Origin: a virus
IMG/VR virus record: IMGVR_UViG_3300008339_000021
Span: 1-64,000 of that record
Direction: 5' to 3' (one strand)
DNA: 64,000 nt
The notes beneath the pieces were generated by a model that was not told the DNA's origin, searched no databases, and saw only the letters and a list, made by a program, of their open reading frames with translations. A program made the translations under genes and the position numbers. Shown here one piece after another: positions 40,216 through 50,900 of this stretch (the stretch's first letter is position 1; each line of letters starts with the position of its first letter).

Positions 40216-43200
40216 TTATATAAATTTTATTTGACCACCTGCAGCAAGAATCTGACCTATCTCTTCTTGAGTTAAATCATATACACCACCTTGACGGAAT
40301 TTAAGTTCCCCACCTTTCTTTACAAAGGCAGCTTCACCTACTACATAGTTAAATCCTGTAGATCCTGCTCCTTGTCCTTTTGACATATTTCTTTGACTTA
40401 AACCACTATAACCACCTCTATAATCTAGTTGATTAACTGGTTCTCTACTATCAGAAGGACTTCTTGATGCTAAATAATTTGTATTGTAACTATCATTTAG
40501 ACCAGCAGAAATTCCTCTGATACCCGCACCTAAGAACTGTCCAGCATTTGCTATCTTATTTGTATCTAGTGTACGTGCCTTATTTATATCATAAGTAACT
40601 GAGAAATCTTCTGGTGTTGTATTTTGTAATGCAGAAGGTTTATAGTTAGGATCATAACAAGGACTATTTGGATTTTGTACTTCAAATTCTGTACATGGTC
40701 CTGTGATAGCTTGATTAGGATTTGTTTCTAAATTACTACTATTAGGATTAAAAGGACCTGTTCCACTAAACTGTCCACCAGGATTAAACTCAGGAACATA
40801 TCCTCCAAATTCCATATAGTTTGAAGCTCCTCCGTAAATTCTTTTAGGAACCCATTTTTTTAATATATAACTATATTTAGCAGGTGTACCATCAGGGAAT
40901 GTATTATTATTCATTCCATCATTAATAATACCTTGTTCAGTAAAAGCTTTTCTTGCATTAGCCTCTTGTTTATCTGCTTCCCAAGTACCTGTCTTATCAT
41001 TGTAGTCTACCGGTGTCCCGTCTGCAAACTGATAACCAGAAGCACCAGTAGTATTGAATATTACACCTTGATTTTTTTGTGCTTGTTCTTTACGTTGAGC
41101 TCCTGATGTAGTTTCTCTATTCCATTCTTCATTCCAGTCTGGATTACCAGTTTGATTAGTTGTATTAGTAGTCTGAGTTGTGCCTGTATTAGTAGCCCCT
41201 GTTGTGCCTGTATTAGTAGTTTGTGTAGTACCTGTATTATTTACTTGAGTATCAGTGGCTGCAGGTTGAGTTGTAGTTCCAGTTGCTGGTGTTGAAGTAG
41301 TTGATTGTTCAGGTTCAGTTACTGTTTCTTTACTAGATCTTCTTTGTATTCTTTTTTGTTGTCTACGTTCTCTTGGACTCATTTCTTCTTCAACTGTATT
41401 AGTTGATGTTGAAGTACCAGTTTGAGTTTCACGAGGATTTGGAGTTTGTAAATAATCAGGTAAACCATTACCATCAGTATCAGCGTTATATCCAGAATAA
41501 CCAGGTCCAACTGCTTCAGGATTATATCCTTCTGCAATATTATCTGCAGTTGTATTAGCAGAAGCACCACCAGCTGTTGTACCTGCATTAGGATTATTTG
41601 GATCAACCCATCTACCTGTAAGTGTCATTGTTTTTTTACCTGACCACCAAGGACCTTTCTCAAACTTATAATCATACATATAACCAGCTTGTGGCTGTGT
41701 TGCTGTACCATCAGCATTTGTACCAGCTACAGGAACCATACCTTGTAATTGACCTTGTGGTTGGAATATAGCACCACTTGCTGTTCTTGCAGGACCTTGT
41801 TGTGACATCCAAGTAAAATCATAATTACCTCCAGTAGCAGGATTATATTTAAATGGTGAAAACATATTTCTTATCTGTTGACCAATTGTTGGTGCAGTAG
41901 GATAACTATAACCACCAGTCATTGGATAACCTGCTCCATAACCATAATTATAATTTCGAGTTGTGGTAGTTTCTGTTGATGCAGGTTGTGATGTAGTACC
42001 TAATTTTCTTTGAAGAATTTGTTGATATACTGCATCATTAGGATTAGCTTCATACTTCATAAATGTAGATGCATCTGTCTTAGTCCTATTCATGTAGTCA
42101 TTATACTCAGCAAGAGCTTCTTGTTCAGCTTTTTGTTTAAGCCATGCATCATAATCATTTGTAGTTACTTGACTATTATTAATACCATCATATTTATATA
42201 GACCACCCATTCTATACATAAAAGGATCATCTACATTTTTAGACTGTATATCATTATTATCATATGCTACTATTGGAGAAATTGGTAACTCATCTCCACC
42301 ATATACAAATTTAGTTAATGTATTAGGATCCATTTGAGATGTATTTACCATTCCACCTTGTTGATAACCTAAATAGTCAGCTACTTTAGGAGCTATTTGA
42401 GTTGCAAGTCCATATGCAGGAAATGTCATACCCAATGTAAAATCGGAAACATTATTGGCTACATCTTGTGCAGCTCGTTTTCCAGCATACTGTGCACCAA
42501 GTATTTTTGCTCTATCATATCCATATTTCTTCTTTATTTCTTCCCACCATTGGGTGTACGTCGTACTAAGAATAGGGTTTTTCATTAAATCTGGGACACT
42601 ACCCAATTTATTCAACATGTCAAACTGTTGTTCCTCATCCGCTGTTAAAAACTCTAGATTTTTGTCATATATTAATTGTTCAAGTTCAGGATTAACCTCA
42701 AAAGACTTATTTGCATCTGAAGAATTTTTTGAGTTTTGTTCTTGTAGGTAATTGTCACCAAAATAATTATCATAAGAATAAAAATCATATTCAAGTTCAT
42801 CTTTAAGAGCTTTAACATATTTGTTTTCTGGTGTACCATATGTTTCTTCATATAGCTTATTCAGATTAGATATTATTGCTTCTTTTCCAGCTGTATCTGA
42901 ACTATTATATTTTTGTTTTATTCTATTCATTTCAGCTTGATAGTCAGCTTCAGAATAAGTTGGCGATGCAACTCCAGTAGCAGGAGCACTGGCAAAACTT
43001 TTAGGTGTAGTTGTAGTTGTAGTTTTAGCTTTAGGTGTGCTTGCTGCAAACATTTTATTTATCTCAGCTTGTACTTGTGCATAGTTTTCACCTAATGCTG
43101 CTTTTCTTGCAGCACCACTACCATACTCTCCCCTAAGTGTTTTCTGAACTTCTTCACTTAAGTTAAATGGTATAGTTTCAGTATTAGCTCCTACAGTTTC

Positions 43201-44841
43201 AGTAGCAGCAGGTATTATTTCTGTTCCTGTAATAGGTGCTGTTTCAGTAATAGTTTCTGGCATAGGACCAGTACCTACAGATTCAGTTCCAACTACTGGT
43301 GCTGTCTCAGTAGGAATAAAATCAATTAGCTGTGTTCCAGAAGGATTTGTTTGAGTTGGCATGAAATTTTTATTTCCTGCTCCGAACATCCATGGAGCTT
43401 GAGCAGCAGCAGCTCTTCTTCTTGCTGCTTCTTCTGCTGAAATTGCTTCAACTTCATTTCCTTGTTCATCATATACCATTTCAGTTCCTTCAGGAGCAGG
43501 ATTTAATTCCATATAACCTGCATAGGGTTTAATACCACTATTTTTAAGAATTGTTGCTTCATCATTTTTAGCAGGATCTGCTGCAGCATTTAGTACTTGA
43601 GATTTTGTTCTTATAACTTCACCAGGAAATGTTCTAGTTGTATTCCAAGAAGAACCATAACCCATACCCATTGGCATATATCCATAACCAGGATTCATAC
43701 CAGCTAACATAGCTGCAGGTATACCTTTAGCAGACCATTCTCTTGTGCCTTTCCACCATGGTCCTTTTTTATACTCTAAATCAATAAGTGGTCCTGTTTG
43801 ACCTGACATAGCTCCAGCAGTCATTTGAGGATTAACTATTTGAGGAGATACCACTTGAAGATAGTTTGGTAATCCCGGTACTCCAGCATATCCAGCTGCC
43901 ATATCCCCAAACATGTTTTGCCAATCTCTTGCTACTCTACGAGTTTGTCTATCAGCTTGTCTTTGTTCACGTCCTCTTCTTGCTTCTGGCAAGTTTTCAT
44001 AACCTGCACCATGTACTTGATTCATAGGTTGTTTAAAAATATTTGATACTGATCCTGAATAAGCTTGAAGATGATGCATTGGATTTTCTATATCTTGCTG
44101 TTCCATCTGCATTCCCTCTTGTGCCATAGGCATCATTTGGTTATTCATTGGAGGTAAGGCACTTGTTTCTTGTTGTAACTGTTTAGTTTTATCATAAATT
44201 TCTTTTGCATAATACTCATTACCAAGATCTTTTATACCTCTTCTAAAATTATTAATGTGTGCTTGTCTTCCATTTGGAGAATCTAATATTGTAGAATTAC
44301 TAGATTCATCTTGCTGCATTCCTTCTGCAGCTTTTTTTAATCCTCTTACTATATTTTTGACAAACTTTTTCTTACCAATAGTTCCTCCTTTTCTTTCTAC
44401 TGATAATGCTTGTTCATCTTCTGCAGCTAGATCATCTTCACTTTCTTCACCAAAGTCATCCCAGCCTGTATCATCATCAGATATCCATGGTAAATCAGTA
44501 TCATAGAGTGGTTTTTTAATAGGAACAATATCTTCAACTTCTGCATCTTGAGAAAGCATTTCATTCTTTGTATCATTAACATCTTGTCTATACAAAAATT
44601 CAACTACTTTTTCTACTCTATCTAGAGCATCAAAATAACCAAGACCATATTTATCTTTTAAGGTATCAGCAATCATCTCTACATCTGTAGTCATTGTTAA
44701 TTGATCTAGTATATCTTGTTCTAAAGCTAAATCATTAACTTGCATACCGGCCTGAGCCTTTTGTAAAAACTGGGCTGTCTTATTAATATATTGTCCATTT
44801 CCTCCTGGATCTTTATATATTCTTACTTTTCTTTTGTTCAT
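40216..44841 (-). CDS. Large low-complexity virion/cargo protein (1541 aa) with a CW_7-like cell-wall-binding repeat
   Basis: T/G/Q-rich linkers. VQKTLRGEYGSGAARKAALGENYAQVQAEINKM matches the Cpl-7 CW_7 pattern. Two KGPWW repeats and a DTDGNGLPDY Ca-binding-like loop. Confidence 0.7.
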   Translation of the reverse strand: MNKRKVRIYKDPGGNGQYINKTAQFLQKAQAGMQVNDLALEQDILDQLTMTTDVEMIADTLKDKYGLGYFDALDRVEKVVEFLYRQDVNDTKNEMLSQDAEVEDIVPIKKPLYDTDLPWISDDDTGWDDFGEESEDDLAAEDEQALSVERKGGTIGKKKFVKNIVRGLKKAAEGMQQDESSNSTILDSPNGRQAHINNFRRGIKDLGNEYYAKEIYDKTKQLQQETSALPPMNNQMMPMAQEGMQMEQQDIENPMHHLQAYSGSVSNIFKQPMNQVHGAGYENLPEARRGREQRQADRQTRRVARDWQNMFGDMAAGYAGVPGLPNYLQVVSPQIVNPQMTAGAMSGQTGPLIDLEYKKGPWWKGTREWSAKGIPAAMLAGMNPGYGYMPMGMGYGSSWNTTRTFPGEVIRTKSQVLNAAADPAKNDEATILKNSGIKPYAGYMELNPAPEGTEMVYDEQGNEVEAISAEEAARRRAAAAQAPWMFGAGNKNFMPTQTNPSGTQLIDFIPTETAPVVGTESVGTGPMPETITETAPITGTEIIPAATETVGANTETIPFNLSEEVQKTLRGEYGSGAARKAALGENYAQVQAEINKMFAASTPKAKTTTTTTPKSFASAPATGVASPTYSEADYQAEMNRIKQKYNSSDTAGKEAIISNLNKLYEETYGTPENKYVKALKDELEYDFYSYDNYFGDNYLQEQNSKNSSDANKSFEVNPELEQLIYDKNLEFLTADEEQQFDMLNKLGSVPDLMKNPILSTTYTQWWEEIKKKYGYDRAKILGAQYAGKRAAQDVANNVSDFTLGMTFPAYGLATQIAPKVADYLGYQQGGMVNTSQMDPNTLTKFVYGGDELPISPIVAYDNNDIQSKNVDDPFMYRMGGLYKYDGINNSQVTTNDYDAWLKQKAEQEALAEYNDYMNRTKTDASTFMKYEANPNDAVYQQILQRKLGTTSQPASTETTTTRNYNYGYGAGYPMTGGYSYPTAPTIGQQIRNMFSPFKYNPATGGNYDFTWMSQQGPARTASGAIFQPQGQLQGMVPVAGTNADGTATQPQAGYMYDYKFEKGPWWSGKKTMTLTGRWVDPNNPNAGTTAGGASANTTADNIAEGYNPEAVGPGYSGYNADTDGNGLPDYLQTPNPRETQTGTSTSTNTVEEEMSPRERRQQKRIQRRSSKETVTEPEQSTTSTPATGTTTQPAATDTQVNNTGTTQTTNTGTTGATNTGTTQTTNTTNQTGNPDWNEEWNRETTSGAQRKEQAQKNQGVIFNTTGASGYQFADGTPVDYNDKTGTWEADKQEANARKAFTEQGIINDGMNNNTFPDGTPAKYSYILKKWVPKRIYGGASNYMEFGGYVPEFNPGGQFSGTGPFNPNSSNLETNPNQAITGPCTEFEVQNPNSPCYDPNYKPSALQNTTPEDFSVTYDINKARTLDTNKIANAGQFLGAGIRGISAGLNDSYNTNYLASRSPSDSREPVNQLDYRGGYSGLSQRNMSKGQGAGSTGFNYVVGEAAFVKKGGELKFRQGGVYDLTQEEIGQILAAGGQIKFI

Positions 44842-44860
44842 ATAACCGGTTCTATATATT

Positions 44861-44871
44861 TAATATACTAA
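44861..44871 (-). promoter_or_regulatory. Putative late-promoter motif TTAGTATATTA, copy 1
   Basis: The same 11-mer occurs at 61971-61981. Both copies are just upstream of - strand start codons. Confidence 0.45.
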
Positions 44872-44887
44872 TTTTTAGTTTAATGAA

Positions 44888-44904
44888 TAAACCTATTAAG
44901 TTTA
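44888..44904. promoter_or_regulatory. 17-bp imperfect palindrome, copy 2
   Basis: TAAACCTATTAAGTTTA, overlapping the stop codon of the 2542-aa gene. Confidence 0.5.
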
Positions 44905-47900
44905 TTCTTCAATTACTGTATAACCTTTTCTGATGTAATCTTCTATTTCTTTATCAGTTAATTCCATTTCTAAAAAGTTGGAATCCCCACCAAATTGTTT
45001 TTTATTTGTAGTACCTTGATTCATTTGATAATTTGGATCAAATACAATTTCATCATTTATTACAGTTAAACTTACAGGTGGCATCACCCGCCCATTTTTT
45101 ATTATAATCCTTTCTCCAGAAGGCCATACTTGAGCTTTAGGATTATTATATATATACCTTCTAGCAGTTGGATAAAGATCTTTATCATCTGTAAACAGCT
45201 CATAATCAATACCTCTATCAATTAATTGTTGTTCTGTTTCTGTAGGTATTTGACCTGCATAGTATATTCCTACAAGAGCTCCAGTTGCACCAACTGCAAG
45301 TCCAACATTTTGAAGTTTGCTTTTAAATTTGTTTTTTTTAACTTCTAAAATTTGTCTTTCATTATATATTTCAGATGCTCTAGTTTGTAATTCTTGTATT
45401 CTTTTTTCTACTGCATTATATTCAGTTTGTGCTCCCTTTGTAAATTTATTTATAAGAGCCTCTTGTTGAGCAATTAAAGCATTATATTCATTTCTTATTA
45501 AACTTAATCTAGTATTTGCGTTTATTATTCCATTATCTATTATTGAATTAATTTTATTAAAATCATCAATAGTTGATATTTGTGAAGAAGTACTAGCTTT
45601 ATTTGCTATTAAACTTTCTAATTTTTCTTTTCTTTGGAAACCTGATTTTGGAGCGGTATGATATTTCTTATATGAATATAGCATAGAGTCTACTAACTCA
45701 TCAAAGTTTCCAAACAAAGATGCATATTGAGATCTTGATGCACCATATGTTGGTGTTGCTATATCTGCATCTTTTGCAATAGCTCTTATCCCCATTGTTT
45801 CAGCCATTTCATCTAATGCAAGTTTACCTTGAGTATAGTCAGAATCAGCAATTATTAAATTTAATATATCTCGTGATTCTTTAATATTGTCAAGTTGATA
45901 TTTATACTGTGGCAAATATTTAAGAAAAATTTCTTGTACCTGTTTAGCTTCTTCTGGAGTATATACATATGTACCACTAGTTGCCCTATTAATAGATTTA
46001 ACATATGCTTCAGGATTAGATATATCAGTTTTAATACCAATTTGTCTATGACCTATAATAGCATTTTCTGTGTCATATACATGTATAGGATTTCCTTTTC
46101 TTACTGTATTTAATCCCATTCCATTTAGTGAGCCTCCTCCAGCGGCAGGATACCATTCAGTTAATGCATTTTCTATAGTTTTAACTTTGTCAGTTGTTAG
46201 TGGTAAATTGTGCGGACTAATTTCTCTTGTGAAAGTAGTCATGTTGATATAATAGTCATTCAATGCTAATTGCATTCTAGCAGGATCATTTGCTACTCTA
46301 ACTACATCATCACCTTTAAAACCCATTGCTATTAAAGCATCCATGTTCTTTGCAGGATCAGAAAGGTCCTCTACTTTAAATTGATGCCCTAATGTTGCTT
46401 TGTGACCTGCTATAGATTTAATATATGCTTCTTGACCTTTAGCTACTACTGCAGGATCACCATATTCTATTAATACATCTGGTCTTACTATATGTTTTTC
46501 TTTTGATGATTTATAACTACCCCATTTTGTTAATGGTGTTGCCTCATATGAATCTATTACTGTTTTTACTTTAGAATCAATACCATTCATAAATTCTTCA
46601 GTAGACATATTAATTTCAATAGGCTTTCCTGTTTTAATTGATTCAATTGAAGCTTTTTGAAATTGTTCAGGATAAAATTGTCTAAACAATTCAACCTCTA
46701 AAGAAGTTTCTTCTTGTGTATTTACATCTTTTCTCCATACTGGTTTTACTGTTCCATTAGGATTTTCATGTACTATATTAAAATCTAATGTTCCTTCTTG
46801 TCCATATTGTGGATACACAGAATGTTGTTTGGCTGGACCATAATCTTGAACAAAAGAAAATTTATCTTTTACATTTTTATTATAAGCACTTTCACTTATA
46901 AGAACATCTATGTCACCAGTAATATGTGGCATACCAGCTTCAGTTACAAGAACACTTGAACCAAATACTTTTGCTCCTGGTATATCAGTTTCAACTTTTT
47001 GTTTTGAATTACTTAATGAATTAACATATTCTTGAGATATAACAGGTTCATTAGTTGAAGCATCTTTTACAACTAATTCACCATCTTGTATACTATATTT
47101 TACATCTACTTTTGGTAACTCAACTTGAGCTTTTATTTTTTCCCCAGTGCTAAAATCTGTAACCACTTGCTCACCAGTAGTTACAGCACCTTTATATATT
47201 GAAGGTTGAGTTTGTTCTAAACCTTCTCCTGTTTTTACAAAGTCTTGTTTTATCTTACTATATTTATTTATATCTTGTTGCCTTTCATACATTTTTCTTG
47301 ACTTAGGTATGAGTCGGTTTTTATCTTCAAAATAGTTTTCAAACTTTCTTTTCTTAGTATTTAATAATTTACCAAGTTCCTCCTCTCTTGCAAGTAATCC
47401 TTTTTTACTAGGATCTACAGCCCAGTCATCCGGCCAGACACTTCCAAGTTCCTTTACTAATTCATCATGTTCTTTAGCTAAAGCTTTAATCTGATTATTA
47501 AAATAATTTACTTTATTTACTGTGTTTAATGCTTTTAATCCTTTCTTACCATAATCAGACATTAATGTTCTTAATTGATTAGGTATTTTTATTTTTGGAT
47601 TTCTAGATAGAAAAGCTGCTAGGATCATAATTGGTGCTCCAGCTTGTGTAACATTTCCATCTGTCTGTTCTTCATTAGCTAGACTCAATGTTGTTGCAAC
47701 TCCTCCTGCTATAATTGGCAGAGCATTAATTACATTTTTTAGTATGCTAAAGTTCTTTGGATTATTTTCCATTATATCATATAGTCTTAAAGGATATTTT
47801 TCTCCTTTTAGATTTTTATAAGTTTTATAATGTTCTCTTAGCATATCTATGGTGATAGGGTCATACTCATTTTTTAGTATTCCTTTATCCAACATGTCTT

Positions 47901-50900
47901 GTCTTATCTCTGCAACGAATGGAACTTTTTCTGTACCCTTAGAACCTGTATTAAAATACTCTAATGTCTTTTCTAGATAGTTTGGATTTGCAGTACCAAA
48001 TAATGAATGTGCTTTTGATTCTTCTGAAACAACTTCCATTCCTGGAATCTCTAATTGTTTTCCTGCTGATTTTCCACTAACTAATTGTAGTTCTTTTAAT
48101 TGCTCATCTAAGTATGTTATATTAGCTTCTTTATTTGCAAATGATCCTAGATAATGACCAAGTTCATGTGCAGTAACTTTTTTAAGATCTCCTGCTGCAA
48201 ACTTATCTCCACTTACAAATAATTGATTGTCTTTCATTCCATAGAAACCAGCCTTATCTCCAAATATTTTTTCTGTTTCTGATATAGCAGTATTAACAGA
48301 ATTTAATTCTGCTTCTAAAGGGTCAACTAAATTTTTATAATCTTGTGTTGACATCTTACCTTCATCATAAAAAATAGTAAAATAATCTATTTGATCTTCT
48401 AAACTTTTTCTTTTATTTAATTGGTTGCCATAAACTTTATTTAAATTATTCATTGTAGACATACCCTCTATCAAGGTTTCTGGTGTTTGTCCAGCTAATG
48501 ATGGAGTATTGTCAATCATTAACTGTAATCTTCTTTTGCCTTCTTCAGTTTGCCATAACTCAATTTTGTTATTTCTCATGTCATCAATGACATTGGCAGC
48601 AATTTCATTATCTGATTTATTTACTATTTGTTTTGCTTGAGTTGAAATTGATTCTTGAGATACTCCTGTGGATTGTGAAGCTTTCCATTCTTTAAACATT
48701 TCTGCATCTTTTGCAGTACCTAATGGAAGAACTTGTTCTGGCTCAAATGCTACATATGTATTACCACCTTCTCCCTGAAACATGTCTCTACCTATTACAC
48801 CATCTGCTCCTTCTAATCTAGCTTCTGTAGGTGTAATAAGATTTGATCCTAAACCACTTCCTCTAAACTCTTTAGCTTTATCAGTAAACTCATATGATTG
48901 ATCAAGGACTGTAGGATTTTCTAAATTTAACAAGACAGGTTTTCTTGTCCCTTTCATTTCCTCTAATTCATATAACCATCCTTTATCTTGTGTTGCATAG
49001 AATGGTCTTCCACTTTCAGCAAGAACTTCATCTCCTCTATTAACATGATAAAGAATATCCTGTGCTGAACTATTAGGAAATGTTTGTCTTAAATACTCAG
49101 CATATTCATCTGCCGTACCAATTTTACTTAACTCAGGATAACTATTATATATGGATTCAATTTCTGGAGTAACACCTGAAACTCCTGCAATGCCTAGTTG
49201 ATCATCTGCTGTAGTTAATGCTTGTTCTTCTGCAAGAGCTTGATCAATATTCAATGGTTGTCTAGTTGTGTTAAGTCCTTCAACTGTTCCAGAAACTTCT
49301 TTTATAGTTGCCTTCTCTGTATTTAATAAAACATATTCAGGTTGACCAAAAAGATTTGTACCTTCTATATAATCATAACCTTGTTTTTGGAGATCTTTAA
49401 GTACTGATTGTTTTATTCTTTCCATAGAACCCTCATACTTATATCCTTTAGCATTTGAGGGAAGTCTAATTTCATGTAGACCACCATTTGGATTTTCTCT
49501 AGCATATTTTAAAGCCCAAGATCCTTCTTCAAGATCTGGTGACATATAAAAGCCTGCATAACTTCTACCTTTTTTATTTTGTCTTTGAGCTAATCTTAAT
49601 GGGTCTATATCAGCTACTGTTGCATTTTTATCAAGACCTCCGTGATAGAAAACTATATCATCAGTATTTTGTGTTATTGTATTCTGATTAAGAGGATCAT
49701 ATGATTTAGCAACTTCTTTATATTCATCTGGTAATATAAATTCTTTTTCAGGCTGTCCTGCAAATGATAATGCTGCTGGATCATTTTTAACATTATATTC
49801 TTCTAATTTTGAAAATGGTACTTTAGTTTCTAAATATACCATCTCATTTGCTTTATCAATATACTGACCAGTTACTGGATCAAACACATATGTATTAACA
49901 GCATGTGGTGCACCCCTTTCTCCTACTTTTTGTGTACTCCACCATTTACCAGCTGTATTCTGAGGAAAAAATGAACCTATGCGTTCTACACCATTTTCAT
50001 CTACATATCTTATTGCAGCTGGATCTTGCATAGCCTCTGCTATTTCTGATTCAGACATTTCAGCTACTGGTCCATAATCCCAATTATTATACTCATTAGC
50101 AGTTTTACTTTCTGAAGGTAAATATCCTGGAATTTCACTTCTATATAAAGAAACTTCAGTATCTAATGTTTTTGGAATATTTTCATATACTTGAGCAGCT
50201 GTTTTGCCTTCATTCAAAAGAGTGTTAATGTTTGCACCTATATATCTGCTATTATTTGTTAAGCTTCCAATATTACTTCTCATTATTTTAAATTCACCAA
50301 GATTTGCATACTTAGTAAATCTATTTAATGGGTTTGTTAAATTAGTAAATGCTTCAGTTGCATTTCCAATATTTGGATTACCCACAACTAAACCACTCTG
50401 TAAGGGTGAATTATATAAAAATGAATAATTACCTGATGTAGGTAATACACCGAGACTACCCGGCTTTCTAAGTTCATTAATTGCTTTAAATGTATTTGCC
50501 GCAGGTTTAATAAGTGGTAAAACACCTAGACCTCCCCATAGTAAATTTTCAAATCCTTTAGCATGATCTCCTTCTGAAAACCCTTCATAGGCTTGTTGAA
50601 TATGTCCTTGTGGTTTTAATGCTTCATATGCAAAATATGCATTAAGAGCATTACCTCCTGTTAACCATGGTAGAGATTTAATTGGTGCATAAGCTAAAGC
50701 TCTTGATGCTCCTATAAGACCTAAACCTCCCATAGCAATTGTTCCTGGTAGATTATAAAGAAATGAACTTTGAAAATCCTGCATGTTGTCAGCAAGCATT
50801 GCTTTCTCATATTTATCAGCTTCTTCTTGAGTCATGTAAACTGTTTGCCCAGCCATCTCATCTGGGGTAACAAATTTTGTCAATTGTTCTCCTGTTATAG

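Noticed and set aside
41150-41300. Tandem DNA repeats (CCTGTATTAGTAG-like) as a possible CRISPR or DGR element
   Set aside because: They are short, degenerate, in-frame repeats encoding a Thr/Asn/Gly linker. There are no unique spacers, no cas genes and no reverse transcriptase in the window.
48035-48065. GKQLEIPGM in the polyvalent protein as a second clamp-binding motif
   Set aside because: It is only a weak match to QL[SD]LF and lacks the aromatic residue.
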